NCBI GenBank assembly: GCA_965153285.1
Contig: OZ229111.1
Length of the DNA: 64,000 nucleotides
Reading direction: 5' to 3' (one strand)
Source: Podarcis tiliguerta
Taxonomy: Eukaryota
A program made the translations under genes and the position numbers. This document shows, piece by piece, positions 51,877 through 64,000 of this stretch (positions are counted from its first letter, which is position 1; every line of letters begins with the position of its first letter). The notes beneath the pieces were generated by a model. The model did no database searches and was not told the DNA's origin. It worked only from the letters and a program-made list of their open reading frames with translations.

Positions 51877-52117
51877 CAGTGGTGACTCAGGTTAAGAACT
51901 TAATTCGTTCTGGAGGTCCGTTCTTAACCTGAAACTGTTCTTAACCTGAAGCACCACTTTAGCTAATGGGGCCTCCCGCTGCCATCGCACTGCCACCGTG
52001 TGATTTCTGTTCTCAGCCTGAAGCAAAGTTCTTAACCCAAGGTACTATTTCTGGGTTAGTGGAGTCTGTAACCTGAAGCGTCTGTAACCTGAAGAGTCTG
52101 TAAGCCGAAGTACACTG
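51877..52117 (-). mobile_element. Tc1/mariner-type MITE, inverted relative to 51220-51461
   Basis: Reverse-complement body of the same family. Confidence 0.8.
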
Positions 52118-52377
52118 TAGTTGGATAAAACTGAGAATATTTATTATGACACAAATATTCCCACCTTTGCCAGCTTAACATGAGGCACCAAAAGCTAAGC
52201 CAAATAATAATAAAAAAACTTTATTTTGACATGTCTCAAGAAAAAGTCATTGGATCCAATGTAGTTTATGTAAACCAGATGGTTACAAAATGTACATAGT
52301 ACACATTTTTGCCATAAAGGAGTCCCTTTGCTCTGAAATGCTATCCGTGATCCAGAGCAAGTTATTCCTACATCATA

Positions 52378-52414
<37 letters not shown>

Positions 52415-52757
52415 TTACAGATTTCATAGTTAGCTATGATTAGTTTGAGAGTCTACATTTCCCTGGTTTAAGGATGAGGTCTATTTACTTTGTGTAGACT
52501 CATAGAATTGGAAGGGACCTCATTGGTCATCTAGTCCAACCCCAGGAATCTCAGTTAAAGCATCCAGGACAGATGGCCATCCAACCTCTGCTTAAAGACC
52601 TCCAAGGAAGGAGACAACCTCCCAAGATTGTACTGCTGGTTAAACTTAACTACAAGACTTAGCCACAAGCTGTTAGCCAGGCGCTTTGCCCCAGTGACTC
52701 ATCAGACAGAAACAAGTAAGCTGCTCCATCCATATTACTAAGGACTCAGCTTGATTG

Positions 52758-53023
52758 GGAAGGACAGATCGTGAAGCTGAGGCTCCAATACTTTGGCCAC
52801 CTCATGAGAAGAGAAGACTCCCTGGAAAAGACCCTGATGTTGGGAAAGATGGAGGGCACAAGGAGAAGGGGATGACAGAGGATGAGATGGTTGGACAGTG
52901 TTCTCGAAGCTACAAACATGAATCTGACCAAACTGCAGGTGGCAGTGGAAGACAGGAGTGCCTGGCGTGCTCTGGTCCATGGGGTCACGAAGAGTCGGAC
53001 ACGACTGAACGACTAAACAACAA
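52758..53023 (+). mobile_element. BovB 3' fragment
   Basis: Uninterrupted counterpart of 1590-3048. TSD cagcttgattg/cagctagattg. Confidence 0.88.
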
Positions 53024-53067
53024 CAGCTAGATTGACGAAAAAGTTTAATATTTGCATTATAACACTG

Positions 53068-53085
53068 TGACACCAGAGGGCGCTA
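53068..53085 (+). promoter_or_regulatory. Candidate CTCF site TGACACCAGAGGGCGCTA
   Basis: Close match to the CTCF core consensus CCACCAGRKGGCGC. Motif match only. Confidence 0.45.
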
Positions 53086-53279
53086 CGGAGTTCCATTTTT
53101 ACCAACACAATTTCTCATACAAAAACACGTTGAACTGAAATGCTTCTTTGATGTGCCTAGATCCAGCCTAAGTGTACTTGGAGAACCAGGTACAGCATCC
53201 TAAGCTATTCGGAGAAGTAAATTTAAAAAAATTACATAAACATCCAGTCCCCAAATCTGAGAACAGCTGACTTTTTAAC

Positions 53280-53492
53280 TTATTTATTGCATTTAGATCC
53301 CACATTTTTCTCCAAAGAGCTCAGGATGGTATACAGGTTTCTCCCCGTCTTATATAATCTCCACAACAACCCTGTGAGTTAGGTTAGGCTGAGAGAGAAT
53401 GATTGGCCCAGTGAGCTTTAGGACCAAGGGCAGATTGGAGTCCTGGTCTCCTAGGTCCTAGTCTGACACTCTAACCACTATACCACACTGTC
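53280..53492 (-). mobile_element. Degenerate tRNA/CORE-type SINE
   Basis: Minus-strand head cagtgtggtatagtggttagagtgtcagact, followed by a body containing gggttgttgtgg. Confidence 0.55.
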
Positions 53493-54540
53493 TCTGAAAT
53501 GGTCAGGATATACCTTGCCTCTGCGCATCATAGTTTTTCCATTCCTAGCACCCAGGGCAAGCACATGCAGCAATGCACCCCCTGGCTGGCACTGCACACT
53601 AATTGTGGTAAGGAGAGAGCAAGGGAGACCTCTCACAGCTACACGCAGGAAACTGTATCATGTCAAAGATTTTTATTACCATAAAATTAGCAAGATATGC
53701 AGTCAAGTCTATTATTTGGAACGAAATTCCCTTTTTCTCAGTACAGTAGAAAAGATTGCTATCGTCTCATAAATACAAACTGTAATGTGGGCCTATGGAG
53801 ACTCCAAATATATTCAACCACAGAGCACATTCCAGAAAGAGTCTGGTTCAGAAATGTAAACAATGTGAGGGGGTTGGTTGTCATTTGCAGCCTGCAACTA
53901 ATTAAATGCCTATTCCATACCACCTACCAAGGGGCGGAGGGACTGGAAAGGAAATAAAACACAAAAGGCAGACTATACAATCCAAGGACCAGCCTTTTGA
54001 CTTGTGTAAATTGGCAGAGCTACATCCACAGCAGCGAGAGACACTGAAATTCTGTTTTGACTTATGCCAGCTGAGAAACTGGCCACGGATTGTGAATGTG
54101 TGCAAAGATATATAGATTTAAAAATATTTACATCCTGCCTTTCCACTAGAATGTACCCATGATCGCCAACAGCATTATAGCTATGTGTGCTTAGTCAGAA
54201 GCAACACTCCCTGAATACCGTGGTCTCCATTCTGACCAAACCACACACACACACACACACACACAGTTTATCACAAAAGAGCAAACAATTAATGCTGATA
54301 AAGAATGCTGTCAGTCAACACAGATAGGTTCTATCCAACTAAAGAGTTGCCTGCCCAGAATCACTTCTGAGAGTGCGATGGAACTTCCTCTCCTTCTGCA
54401 CTGTGTCCCCAAATCTCCTCTGGGTGCTCCCCCAAACCTCTGGAGCAGATTTGGGGTGTAAATGGGGGACATGACAGGAGAAGAGAAAGGGGAAGTTCCA
54501 CTGTGTCTGCAGATGTCATTCCATCCTTGTAATGATTTAG

Positions 54541-54616
54541 AAGACAGGAGTGCCTGGCGTGCTTTGGTCCATGGGGTCAAGAAGAGTCGGACACGACTAA
54601 ACGACTAAACAACGAC
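54541..54616 (+). mobile_element. Short BovB 3' end
   Basis: aagacaggagtgcctggcgtgc...ggacacgactaaacgactaaacaac. TSD aatgatttag at 54531-54540 and 54617-54626. Confidence 0.85.
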
Positions 54617-55065
54617 AATGATTTAGCTGGATTCAACCCAGTGCCAGGAGAACAAAGAAACATTTGATCTCCTTTCTCCTTCAAAGTGGGTATTTCTTTC
54701 ACTTATCATCTAAACAGGAGGGAGGTGGCCAAGAAGACTTTTCTGTGGAGGACATTCTAGGCCCCCCCATGTCTCTTTTGACAATTTGGTACACAGTACA
54801 AGGTCTCCAGTGATCAGGCAGCATACATGCATGTTGATTTTTTTAAAAAAATGGGGGCAGCACGGAAATCTTCTAAATAAATTTGAGATAAGGCAATTCA
54901 GATATCATGCTCAAAATCAATTTATAGTGTAGGGTTTCAAAGGGCACAGTCAGCAGCCTGAGTTGTGCTTGATGATATAAATCATATACAATCGAAGTTA
55001 CTTAAATGACTGGTCTCAAATGCCTTGTGAGGATCAGAACATCAGCTGCCACACTTGGATGAGAT

Positions 55066-55201
55066 CAGGCATAGGCCAACTCGGCCCTCCAGATGTTTTG
55101 GGACTACAACTCCCATCATCCCTAGCTAACAGGACCAGTGGTCAAGGATGATGGGAGTTGTAGTCCCAAAACATCTGGAGGGCCGAGTTGGCCTATGCCT
55201 G
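55066..55201. mobile_element. Palindromic hAT MITE
   Basis: Near-perfect ~55-bp inverted arms, 8-bp TSD GATGAGAT. Older relatives at ~24316-24448, ~46660-46795, ~48590-48700 and ~61125-61250. Confidence 0.88.
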
Positions 55202-56529
55202 GATGAGATAAAGAAGAGAAACAGAGCTAAGTGCCATCAGCATGTTGATAGCACTTTTGTCTCAAACAAACAGGTGACTAAGTTAAATAGCAGGGGAAAT
55301 CTTTAAGCACTCCATGTCATTGGGATACAGTGAACAAATAAACATAAATCCCAGCATTAGATTCTAGAACGTCCAGTGTGATGTCTCTAAATTCTTCTCC
55401 ATACAGATTGCCAGAAAGAATACTCTCATTCAACAGTGAGGAACCAGCAGATCCTCCCCATTTGACGCATGAGGTCATTTTGGTCAAGCTACACCCACCT
55501 ACTTACAAAGCCTCTTGCTCAGTGCTTTGCAAGCCTTGACAATCAGCTGATCAAAAGCAACCAAGGTGCCCAGAAGAATCAACATAGGCATATTCTCAGT
55601 CTATATAGATGCAAGCCAACATCATACTACATCCTCTGCAACAGACCCAATGCGGAAAAGCCATTACTTTGCTTTTCTCAGGATGAGCCAGAGATCACTG
55701 AGAATGTCATCATACCACAAAAGCATTCACATGTGAACGACTCAAAGCATATAGGGTAACAGTTGAATATTTCCAAGTCCCCAGAGCTAAATTCATTTGT
55801 GGCAACCAAAACTTTTGGAAAAGCTTCCCGCGCACAAAGCCAAACCATTTTCATGTTTTCTTTGCACATTCTGGAAGGGGATGAAGGCAAAGTTGGCATG
55901 ATTTCTAACATTGGAAATATTCTTAAGGAAATAAATTATTTGAGAAGAATGCCTCTTTTCAGCATTAATAATCTAATGCCCTTTGGCTGAAAAAAAACAC
56001 ACCCTTTAAATCTGAGAGTCAGGGCCCCCACCCATTTTTTGTAAGGAAGCAGCACACCACAGGGATACTGGAGCTTGACAGACCTCCTGGGGTAAGAGAC
56101 AAGAAAGCCCTTGAAGTGTGAAGATTATTGTTTTTTCTTTCTTTCCAGAGACTCTGCCAGTGTGAACTCTTTCTGCAGTAGCTGCAGAATGACATCAGCA
56201 AGCCTTATCTACTCTTTCCACAACAAAGCTGAATCCCTGACCGTGATAAAACAGGCTTCAGCATGACTTCATGCCTCCTGAGATGTCAATAATCTGGCTT
56301 GCAATATGTTTGAGAGCCCCATTCAGAATCCTGTTTTCACAATTTCTTTAAGATGGTGCATGTGTAACTCAAACACATAAAAGGTTGTGTGTGCTGCCAT
56401 TAACACCTCTTTTATACTTTGAGCGCTGGGATCACTTTGTACCTTCTCTTCCTAATGGGACAAGGAATGTTGCTTTTTTTTTTGCACCTATATTAAAATA
56501 CAAGGAAAGCTCTGCCTGTATTTAGCCAA

Positions 56530-56672
56530 GGCCTGAATAGTTCAGTTGGTTAGAGCATGGTGCTGATAATGCCAAGGTTGGAGGTTCAGTCTGACAGCTG
56601 CGCATTTCTGCATTGCTAGATGATCCTCAGAGTCCCTTTCAACTCTACAGTTCTATGATTCTATAATTCTAT
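56530..56672 (+). mobile_element. tRNA-derived SINE with CR1-type tail
   Basis: tRNA-Ile-like head (tagttcagttggttagagcatggtgctgataatgccaaggttg) followed by a caactctacagttctatgattct tail. Confidence 0.65.
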
Positions 56673-57532
56673 GAAGTTTTAATCTAGTCCATCCACTTTC
56701 CAACGATGGACCACCAGATGCCTTTGGAAACCCCCTCAGTTGGGGGTCAGAACTCCCCACTGATCTTTGCAACCTTCCAGAAACTTGAATCTGGAGGTTG
56801 CAATGACTTATCATGGCTAAAAACCACTAACTCCCTGGCCAATGATATTAGACTTCATTGGATTATTTTTAGTGCCTGCGAAGACTTTTTTTGTTGTTGT
56901 TGTTCCAGTAAGGCGTGTAATTTTAGTCACATGGTTATAGTATGTTTTAAAATTACTTATTTAATATTAGTAATTTCTTTAGTATTTATTTATTTCATAA
57001 AAGTTATTGTTAAAAAAAAACCAAACACCTCAGAACAGTTTACAGAGGATAAAACAGGAAAGTGACTACCATATAGTCATGCAAAACCTTTGCAGCAGGG
57101 ACTTTACTGTCCTCTTGTAATTTAGAACTCTGCACAGCCAATGACTGCAGCAGACTCCTGTGAGGGTGGGAATTACATGTGAGAGAACAACTGAAAAGGA
57201 CTTCTGTCATGGGATGTGTGAGAAATGCTCTGTTTTCCAAAGCAAAGTTTGGTTCATTAAATTCAGCCCGTGTTCGCACTCTGAAAGAGTGACCACAGGA
57301 TTAATTTCTTGTCATTGCTTTATGCATCTTCATTTAAATTATTTCTGCCCAGAAGACAGAAATTCCCTTATGAAATTTGCAAAGCCAAGGTAAATAGCTA
57401 CAGCAACATTTGAGAATAATTATTGTACATTTCTATGAGGTATGTTTTAAATAAATTAAGTATAAGGACTTGGAAGGCAGAATTTGATTATTTGATTGTG
57501 CTCTGTCTCGGATGTGCATATCTGAAGAAGTA

Positions 57533-57773
57533 CAGTGGTACCTCTAGTTATGAACTTAATTCATTCTGGAGGTCCATTCTTAACCTGAAACTGTTCTTAA
57601 CTAGAGGCATGCTTTCGCTAATGGGGCCTCCCGCTGCTGCCGCGCCACCGGAGCACAATTTCTGTTCTCATCCTGGGGCAAAGTTCTCAACTCAAGGTAA
57701 CTCTTCCAGGTTAGTGGAGTTTGTAACCTGAATCATTTGTAACCTGAGGCGTTTGTAACTTGAGGCACCACTG
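57533..57773 (-). mobile_element. Tc1/mariner-type MITE
   Basis: Same family, TA-flanked. Confidence 0.8.
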
Positions 57774-58125
57774 TAAAAGCAACATCAGCAGCAACAGCAT
57801 GAAATGGATGCTGAAGAGCAGAAGTTGGAGATCTCCTGGCTAGATGTCACACAGGCAGAAAGATGGGGAGCAGATTGTGATCACCAGAGACAAGGCAAGG
57901 GAACCAAGAAGCAAAGAGGTTTCTCTAGCAACAGCTGCAAGACAACTGAAGTATTGCAGCAAGCATTGCAACTATACACTGAGTCCACCATGTGACAAAA
58001 TGCTTGGCACTTCAGGCCCAGGAACCAAATACAGCTCTCTAGGCATCTCTAGCCAGTCCTCAGGGCTTTACCCTCACTGGCTCTGTGCCACACAGCCCTT
58101 CAGTTCTTTTGTCGGGATGGAACTA

Positions 58126-58546
58126 CAGTGGTGCCCCGCAAGACGAATGCCTCGCAAGACAGAAAACCCGCTAGACGAAAGGGTTTTCCGTTTTGGAGGT
58201 GCTTCGCAAAACGAATTTGCTATGGGCTTGCTTCGCAAGACGAAAATGTCTTGCGATTCCTGGGGTTTTTTTCCCCCTCCCCCCCTTTTTCCCAAGCCCC
58301 TAAGCCACTTAACAGCTGTTCGCTAAGCCGCTTAACAGCTGATCTAAGCCGCTTATCAGCTGATCTAAGCCGCTAATAGCCTTTTAGCAGCTAATCCGCT
58401 AATCCCTTAAGCCTTTAATAGCCGCTAATAGCCGCTAAACCGCTAATAGCGCTAATCCGCTAATGGGCTTGCTTCGCAAGATGAAAAAAACCGCAAGACG
58501 AAGAGACTCACGGAATGGATTCTTTTCGTCTTGCAAGGCACCACTG
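58126..58546. mobile_element. Tc1/mariner-type MITE with internal short tandem repeats
   Basis: TA-CAGTGGTGCC...GGCACCACTG-TA. Internal (ctaagccgct/ctaatagccg)-type repeats at ~58300-58465. Confidence 0.8.
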
Positions 58547-59388
58547 TATAATAATGCCTCTTGCTTGCCTAGATTGTAAGATGTACATGGTTTTGTACAG
58601 CTGGATATAGCCTCCTGTCAAAGATACGTCAAAGCCATCACCCTGTGGCCCTCAGAAGGGACTCCACTAGGGAATGCAGCCCTTGGACTCCAGAAGAGTC
58701 TCATTCTCTGTTCTAGACAGTTCACACAGCCATTTCCCCACTACGTAAGAGCAGCTAAGTCTCTCTTTCAGCAGGAACATGTGAGCATGTTCGTGCGACC
58801 CATGCTATGCATTAATATAGCTATTTCCTAAAATGCAGCCATGAGGAGTATAAGAGGGTCTGCAGATCTACTACACCTTCTTGTTTCCTGACATGATCAA
58901 GCTTCCCTGCTTGCATGCAGGGAAATGTAACTGTGGAAATTGCTCTGTTGATTGACCTATCCCACCTACATATCTGCTTATAGAGTAAACATGTCCTCTC
59001 AGAAACTGTTTGCTCTCAGAAACTGTTTGAGCACACCAGGACTTTAAGGCCAGCTTCAGAAACCAATCTCTTTCTGTCACTCACAGGACACGAAGGAACA
59101 AGAGAGAGTGATTTCTCAGTGGTGGTGCTGTGATTTATTTATTTAAATTATTTATATCCCACTTAATCACCAAAAATTTAAGCAGCAAACTCAATCCTGG
59201 TTATGATTCTCTTTCCATCCATAGACAGTTGGTAAAGTCTTTTTAATCCCATCTGGTTTTTAATCTGATCTACAGTACTTGCTTTACAATTTTAATCTTG
59301 TCATTTGGTAGAAGCTTTAGTTCTGCTCTCTTACTGATGTATTAAATTCTTGTTGTTTTACTGTTTCGATGGGTGGGGTATAAATAAG

Positions 59389-59422
<34 letters not shown>

Positions 59423-59504
59423 AATTGCCTTTACTTTATTTTTTAATATTGTAAGCAACTTTTATTATTGTAATAGAGAAAAGGGGACACAAATAATGAA
59501 CTAA

Positions 59505-59857
59505 GTAAAGGTAAAGGGCCCCCTGACCATTAGGTCCAGTCACGGCCGACTCTGGGGTTGCGGTACTCATCTCGCTTTATTGGCCGAGGGAGCTGGCATA
59601 CAGCTTCCGGGTCATGTGGCCAGCATGACTAAGCTGCTTCTGGCAAACCAGAGCAGCACACGGAAACACCGTTTACCTTCCCACCGGAGCAGTACCTATT
59701 TATCTACTTGCACTTTGACGTGCTTTCGAACTGCTAGGTTGGCAGGAGCAGGGACCAAGCAGTGGGAGCTCACCCCGTTGCAGGGATTTGAACCGCCGAC
59801 CTTCTGACCAGCAAGTCCTAGGCTCTGTGGTTTAACCCACAACGCCACCCACGTCCC
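59505..59857 (-). mobile_element. Sauria SINE
   Basis: Same family as 16209-16589. 13-bp TSD AATAATGAACTAA at 59492-59504 and 59858-59870. Confidence 0.9.
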
Positions 59858-62800
59858 AATAATGAACTAAACTGAGTAACTAAAAACAACAACCCGGTCC
59901 TTATAAATGTGGCTTTATTGTGTACTAATAAATTTATTGCACTAAACATACCTTACAGGAGATGTTTGAACTAGCAAGAGATTGATACCTTTAGCCTCTA
60001 CTTGAAGGTATGCTGATGAAATAATGGATCGTATCTCCCTGATTACGGTCCATGATAAATGACTGGATGATGAAGCCTTGATAATGTTGTCTTTAAATGA
60101 AAAATGAGCTTGTGAAACTGTTATTATAGACCAAGTACTGACCTGAACTAATCCACACTGATAACAGCATGTTCACTTGTTACTGTAATTGATGGCTTTA
60201 GAAACTTGGCAGTCTCCCACATCTGTAATGCCTCATTTTTAAAAAATAAAACTACCATAAATTGCATAAAGGGACTATTTCTAGGCTTTGATTCAGAACC
60301 AAGGAAAGAGCAAATGTTGTTATCTGCAGGATCGGGCATTACCTGCCATTCAAGTGATTTCAATGGGAAATCATTCCATATTGGGTACACAGTATCAACA
60401 TTTTACAATAATAATCATCCATGGAGCTTTGATGTTTTTGAAACAGGAGGTGGAAGCCACTAAATATTTGGTCCAAGATGCAGTCTAAATAAGTTGGAAA
60501 TGACTAAAGAACTGACAAAATCTGAAAGGCTCATTAACCTGGCTAAATTCACAGCAATGTGGCGCCTGAACTCTGATTGCAAAATTCAGTAATAAAGCTA
60601 AGTTTCCAATGAGAGAGCATTTGATAATTCACTCCGGTTGAGCAGATAGCCCACCTTACCTGTCACTCAGTATCATGCCTCAGCAAATAAAGATCTCAAT
60701 TTCGATCTAGCATCTTAACCAAATAATGGGTTTAGACAGAGCTCTGTTCTTGATGTATCTGATTTGACTGAGAATCTAGAATTATAAGGAGCTTCTCTGA
60801 TGACATCATTATGCCTTCTCTTAGACAGCATTTGCTTCTTGTTTCAATATTAAATTTAAGTGGATCAGGGTGCTCATACTCTTAATATGCTATATATTTC
60901 AGATTAACAAAGGTTTTCTTCTTCTTCCATTCAAAATTTCCAAAGCTCAATAAAGGTTGCTCTTTTTCTTACAACTTTAGTTCAAGATCTCCCCCAAAAC
61001 AAGGGACAAATGTGGTGTGTTTCTAAATCAGCCCACTGATTCCACACGTGCTTAGCAAGCAAACAATGCTGGTTCACAGACATGGGAAGAATTAAAAATT
61101 ACTTGATATGGAGATTGAAGAATGGAACTCAAGGGGCCCCAATGTGGTGCCTTCCAGATGATATTGGACTCCAACTCCCATCAGTCCAACATCATCCAAC
61201 AGTCAAGAATGGTGGTAATTGGAGGACACAATGTTGACTACCACCACTCTAGTAATTAGACAAACTGAGCTTCAAGGAAACATTGCAGGAGCCCCCAACA
61301 TTTCTATGTATCTCTAATACAATATCTCCTCCCATTTCTCAAACCTAAGAAGCATGCTCACCAACTCTGCAACAAACCCAGCTCTCTTATTCCTTGCCAT
61401 TCCCAGCATCACATCCCAAAGCTGAGAAACTCAGTTCCCATGGTTTACTCACATCTGTTTTCTGCCTCTGTTTCAAAATATGACAGAGATAAAAGAGGAC
61501 ATGGATTCCTGGCTTTCAGAATCCTTGAGGAAATAAGGTTTTCCTACCTAGGGATGGCTCTGACATCTAAGGTTAAGAACATAACTGGATCAGACCAGTC
61601 CAGTGAGTTCAGCATCTGTTTCCCACAGCATACTGCTGGGAAGTCCACAAGCAGGAAATGAAGGCAACAGCCCTCTCCTGCTGCTGCTCCTTTCCAAGCA
61701 AAGACAAACCACTGGTAGCCCTATCCGTGGACTGTCCTATCCATCACACACATCAATACCCTTTTTTGTTATCTGAGATAGTGGGTATTAAGGTTGCCAT
61801 ACGTCTGGAATTTCCCAGACAAGCAGTGTCTGGGTAGAAATCGCTGAAATGTCCAAGAAAATCTGGACGTATGGCAACCCATGTCGGCAGTGTTGATAAA
61901 TCTTGTGATAGCAAATTCCAGAATCTAACCCAGGTGTCTGGGGGGTAAACTTCCACACCACTGCACTTTTTGTTGCAGAATTTGCACAGAGGTAGACTTG
62001 CAACAAACTTTCAATGACATTGTCACCTGCACAGTAGGAAACATTATCTTCAGGGTTCAGCCATTTCCCATTGACAATTTTCTTTCTATACACAAAAAGT
62101 GTCTGGGGCACAAAATATCCCCAACTTAACTTTACAGGTAGGTGTGTTTTGCTTTTGACACCAGCCAAGGTAATGCATTTGGGGCTATTCCCCCTACACC
62201 AAATAAAAATGATCCAGTGATGCAATTTAAGTGATCAGAAAGTCTTTTCTGAAGAAATTTGTTTGTTTGTTGTTGTCTTTACCACTGGAGTGTCTGTTCG
62301 CCCAGCCAAAATATTAATATGATGAGATTTAAAGAATGCCGCAAGGCTTTTTGAGCCAAAAACTGGCCCAAGGAAGCCTACTTCTTCTGACACTACATCC
62401 TTGTGGTTTTACTACCACATTTTACTACCCCAAGAAACATCCAACTGCAGTTTGGTGGTTGCAATATAGCCACACCTGCTTTTCCAGGCCTGGGTTCCAA
62501 GAGGCTAACTCACTGCTGCCTACCCAGGCCCCAGCCTGACCACTAATCAGCTGCCTAGTCATGTGGTCAGGAGCCACTGGAGCACATGACAACCAGGAAG
62601 GGCAGCAGCTGCAACTTCAGTTTGCTCAAGGGATAAATGGTCTCCGGGATAGGGGCCCCACCCTCACTTCCCGGTGGGAGTCATCTTTCATCAATCATCC
62701 ACTCCCTGGGGAGCTCTGCAGTACTCTGTACTGCTCCCCTGTCCACACACACCCTCCCTTCCCTTGTCGCTTGCCTTCGTCTGGCATGCCCAGAAATAGA

Positions 62801-64000
62801 GACAGCTTGCCACTGGAACTGGAAATGCCACTATGCAATGCTCTGACCTGCTGATGGGCTTGCTGCTGTTTTTGTGTGCCGCTTTTATTTGAAGAGACAT
62901 ATTATTGCAACAAGATCAAATGAGATGAGATGGTGATGTTGCTGGGAAATTAAAGGCTGTCTGCGGTGATTTATTAGCAATTTGGGCCAATGGAGAAGTG
63001 GGGAGAGGGTGGAATGTTGCTTGGCATTTTAAAGACTTGGGGGTGGGGAGCAGTGGAATTAATCTTATTGAATTTCTCATCTTTCATCCCCTCTGCACTC
63101 TTAGCAAAAATAATATGTGTCATGAGAAATAAACATTTTAAAGGAAGGGGGCTAGAAAGGAGGAAAGATGGCCTAAATACAGTTTAATATTTTGAGATGT
63201 TTTAACTGGGATCTGTTCAAGTGCATGGGTAAGATTATCCATTCCTCAACCTTTAGCCTTAATTTAGACTACAGCCACTTACCTGGGAGTGAGCCCCATT
63301 GAACTCAATGGGACTTACTTCTGATTTTATGCTAATGTGATACAAAATTGTGCCCTATAAGTTTGTGCCCATAGGAGCCAACTCCTAGAGGCTGACGGCC
63401 CCCCTATAAAATATTTGACATCCCCCAAGTTGATGAGCATTGTCATTCAAATGGTGTGCGTGCACTGCATCATGTGATCAATTATGCGGGAAGGGGCTTA
63501 CCTGCCCCCCCCCTATTTCATTCAACTTGGCAACCCTGTTTTTGCCCCTTAGTATTTTAAGTACCTAGCAACAATCTTGGTGCGGCTTGTCTATACATGT
63601 GGGTGGTGTCTATAGAGGTTTAAATCACCAGTAGGGAATTTCAGATCCAGGGACCTCATATGGTCCTCCAGCCCTCTCAATCTGGCCCTTGGGACTCTCA
63701 ACAGACCATAATAACTCTCAAACCACATCCATCACCAACCGGACCAAAACCCTCTAGGAGGACTTTTGCCTAGCCTAGAGTGTGTCTTAAAACTAAGATA
63801 ATGCCTTTTGCCTGCCTGAATAGAGAGACTGGGATGTTCGTAGAAACCTCTAACATTCACATGGCTGGAATTTAGCCTACTGTGTAGAGGTACAGGCTAC
63901 ATCCATTGCTCTGCAAAACTTTGCCTGTGGCCCTTCCATCAATGGTCTATGGTCTCAGAAGACTATCTGCAAGCAAATGGGGCCCTAGAGATGAAAAAAA

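Noticed and set aside
56530-56600. tRNA gene candidates (also ~31990-32065 and ~20108-20180)
   Set aside because: Degenerate stems that continue into SINE bodies and LINE-type tails, so these are SINE heads.
36291-64000. Search for the large FBLN2 exon 2 or a nested gene
   Set aside because: No long or motif-bearing ORF. The region reads as repeat-rich intron 2.

Overview
Eukaryotic (squamate, most likely lacertid lizard, inferred from Sauria SINEs, BovB 3' ends and L2/CR1 types) genomic DNA lying entirely inside the fibulin-2 gene (FBLN2) on the minus strand. Seven coding exons (human-numbered exons 3-9: anaphylatoxin-like modules and EGF modules) were reconstructed with consistent splice phases. 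One intron appears to use a GC donor. Exon 2 and exons 10 onward were not found in the window. The most notable region is intron 8. It holds a young L1 retrotransposon (5220-11499) with intact ORF1 and ORF2, a pure poly(A) and a 16-bp TSD. The L1 is in the same orientation as FBLN2 and ends about 230 bp from the acceptor of cassette exon 9. Its 3' UTR contains a Penelope-like element remnant: a perfect ~326-bp head-to-head inverted repeat in a (TA)n tract, each arm carrying a minimal hammerhead-ribozyme motif. Intron 9 has a triple-nested insertion whose innermost 1.13-kb element has a 16-bp TSD and adjacent CTCF-like and YY1-like motifs, but no long sense-strand ORF or poly(A). The remainder is intron with many SINEs, BovB/L2/CR1 fragments, solo LTRs, and hAT and Tc1/mariner MITEs. 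No prokaryotic-type systems, rRNA, true tRNA genes or CRISPR arrays were found.
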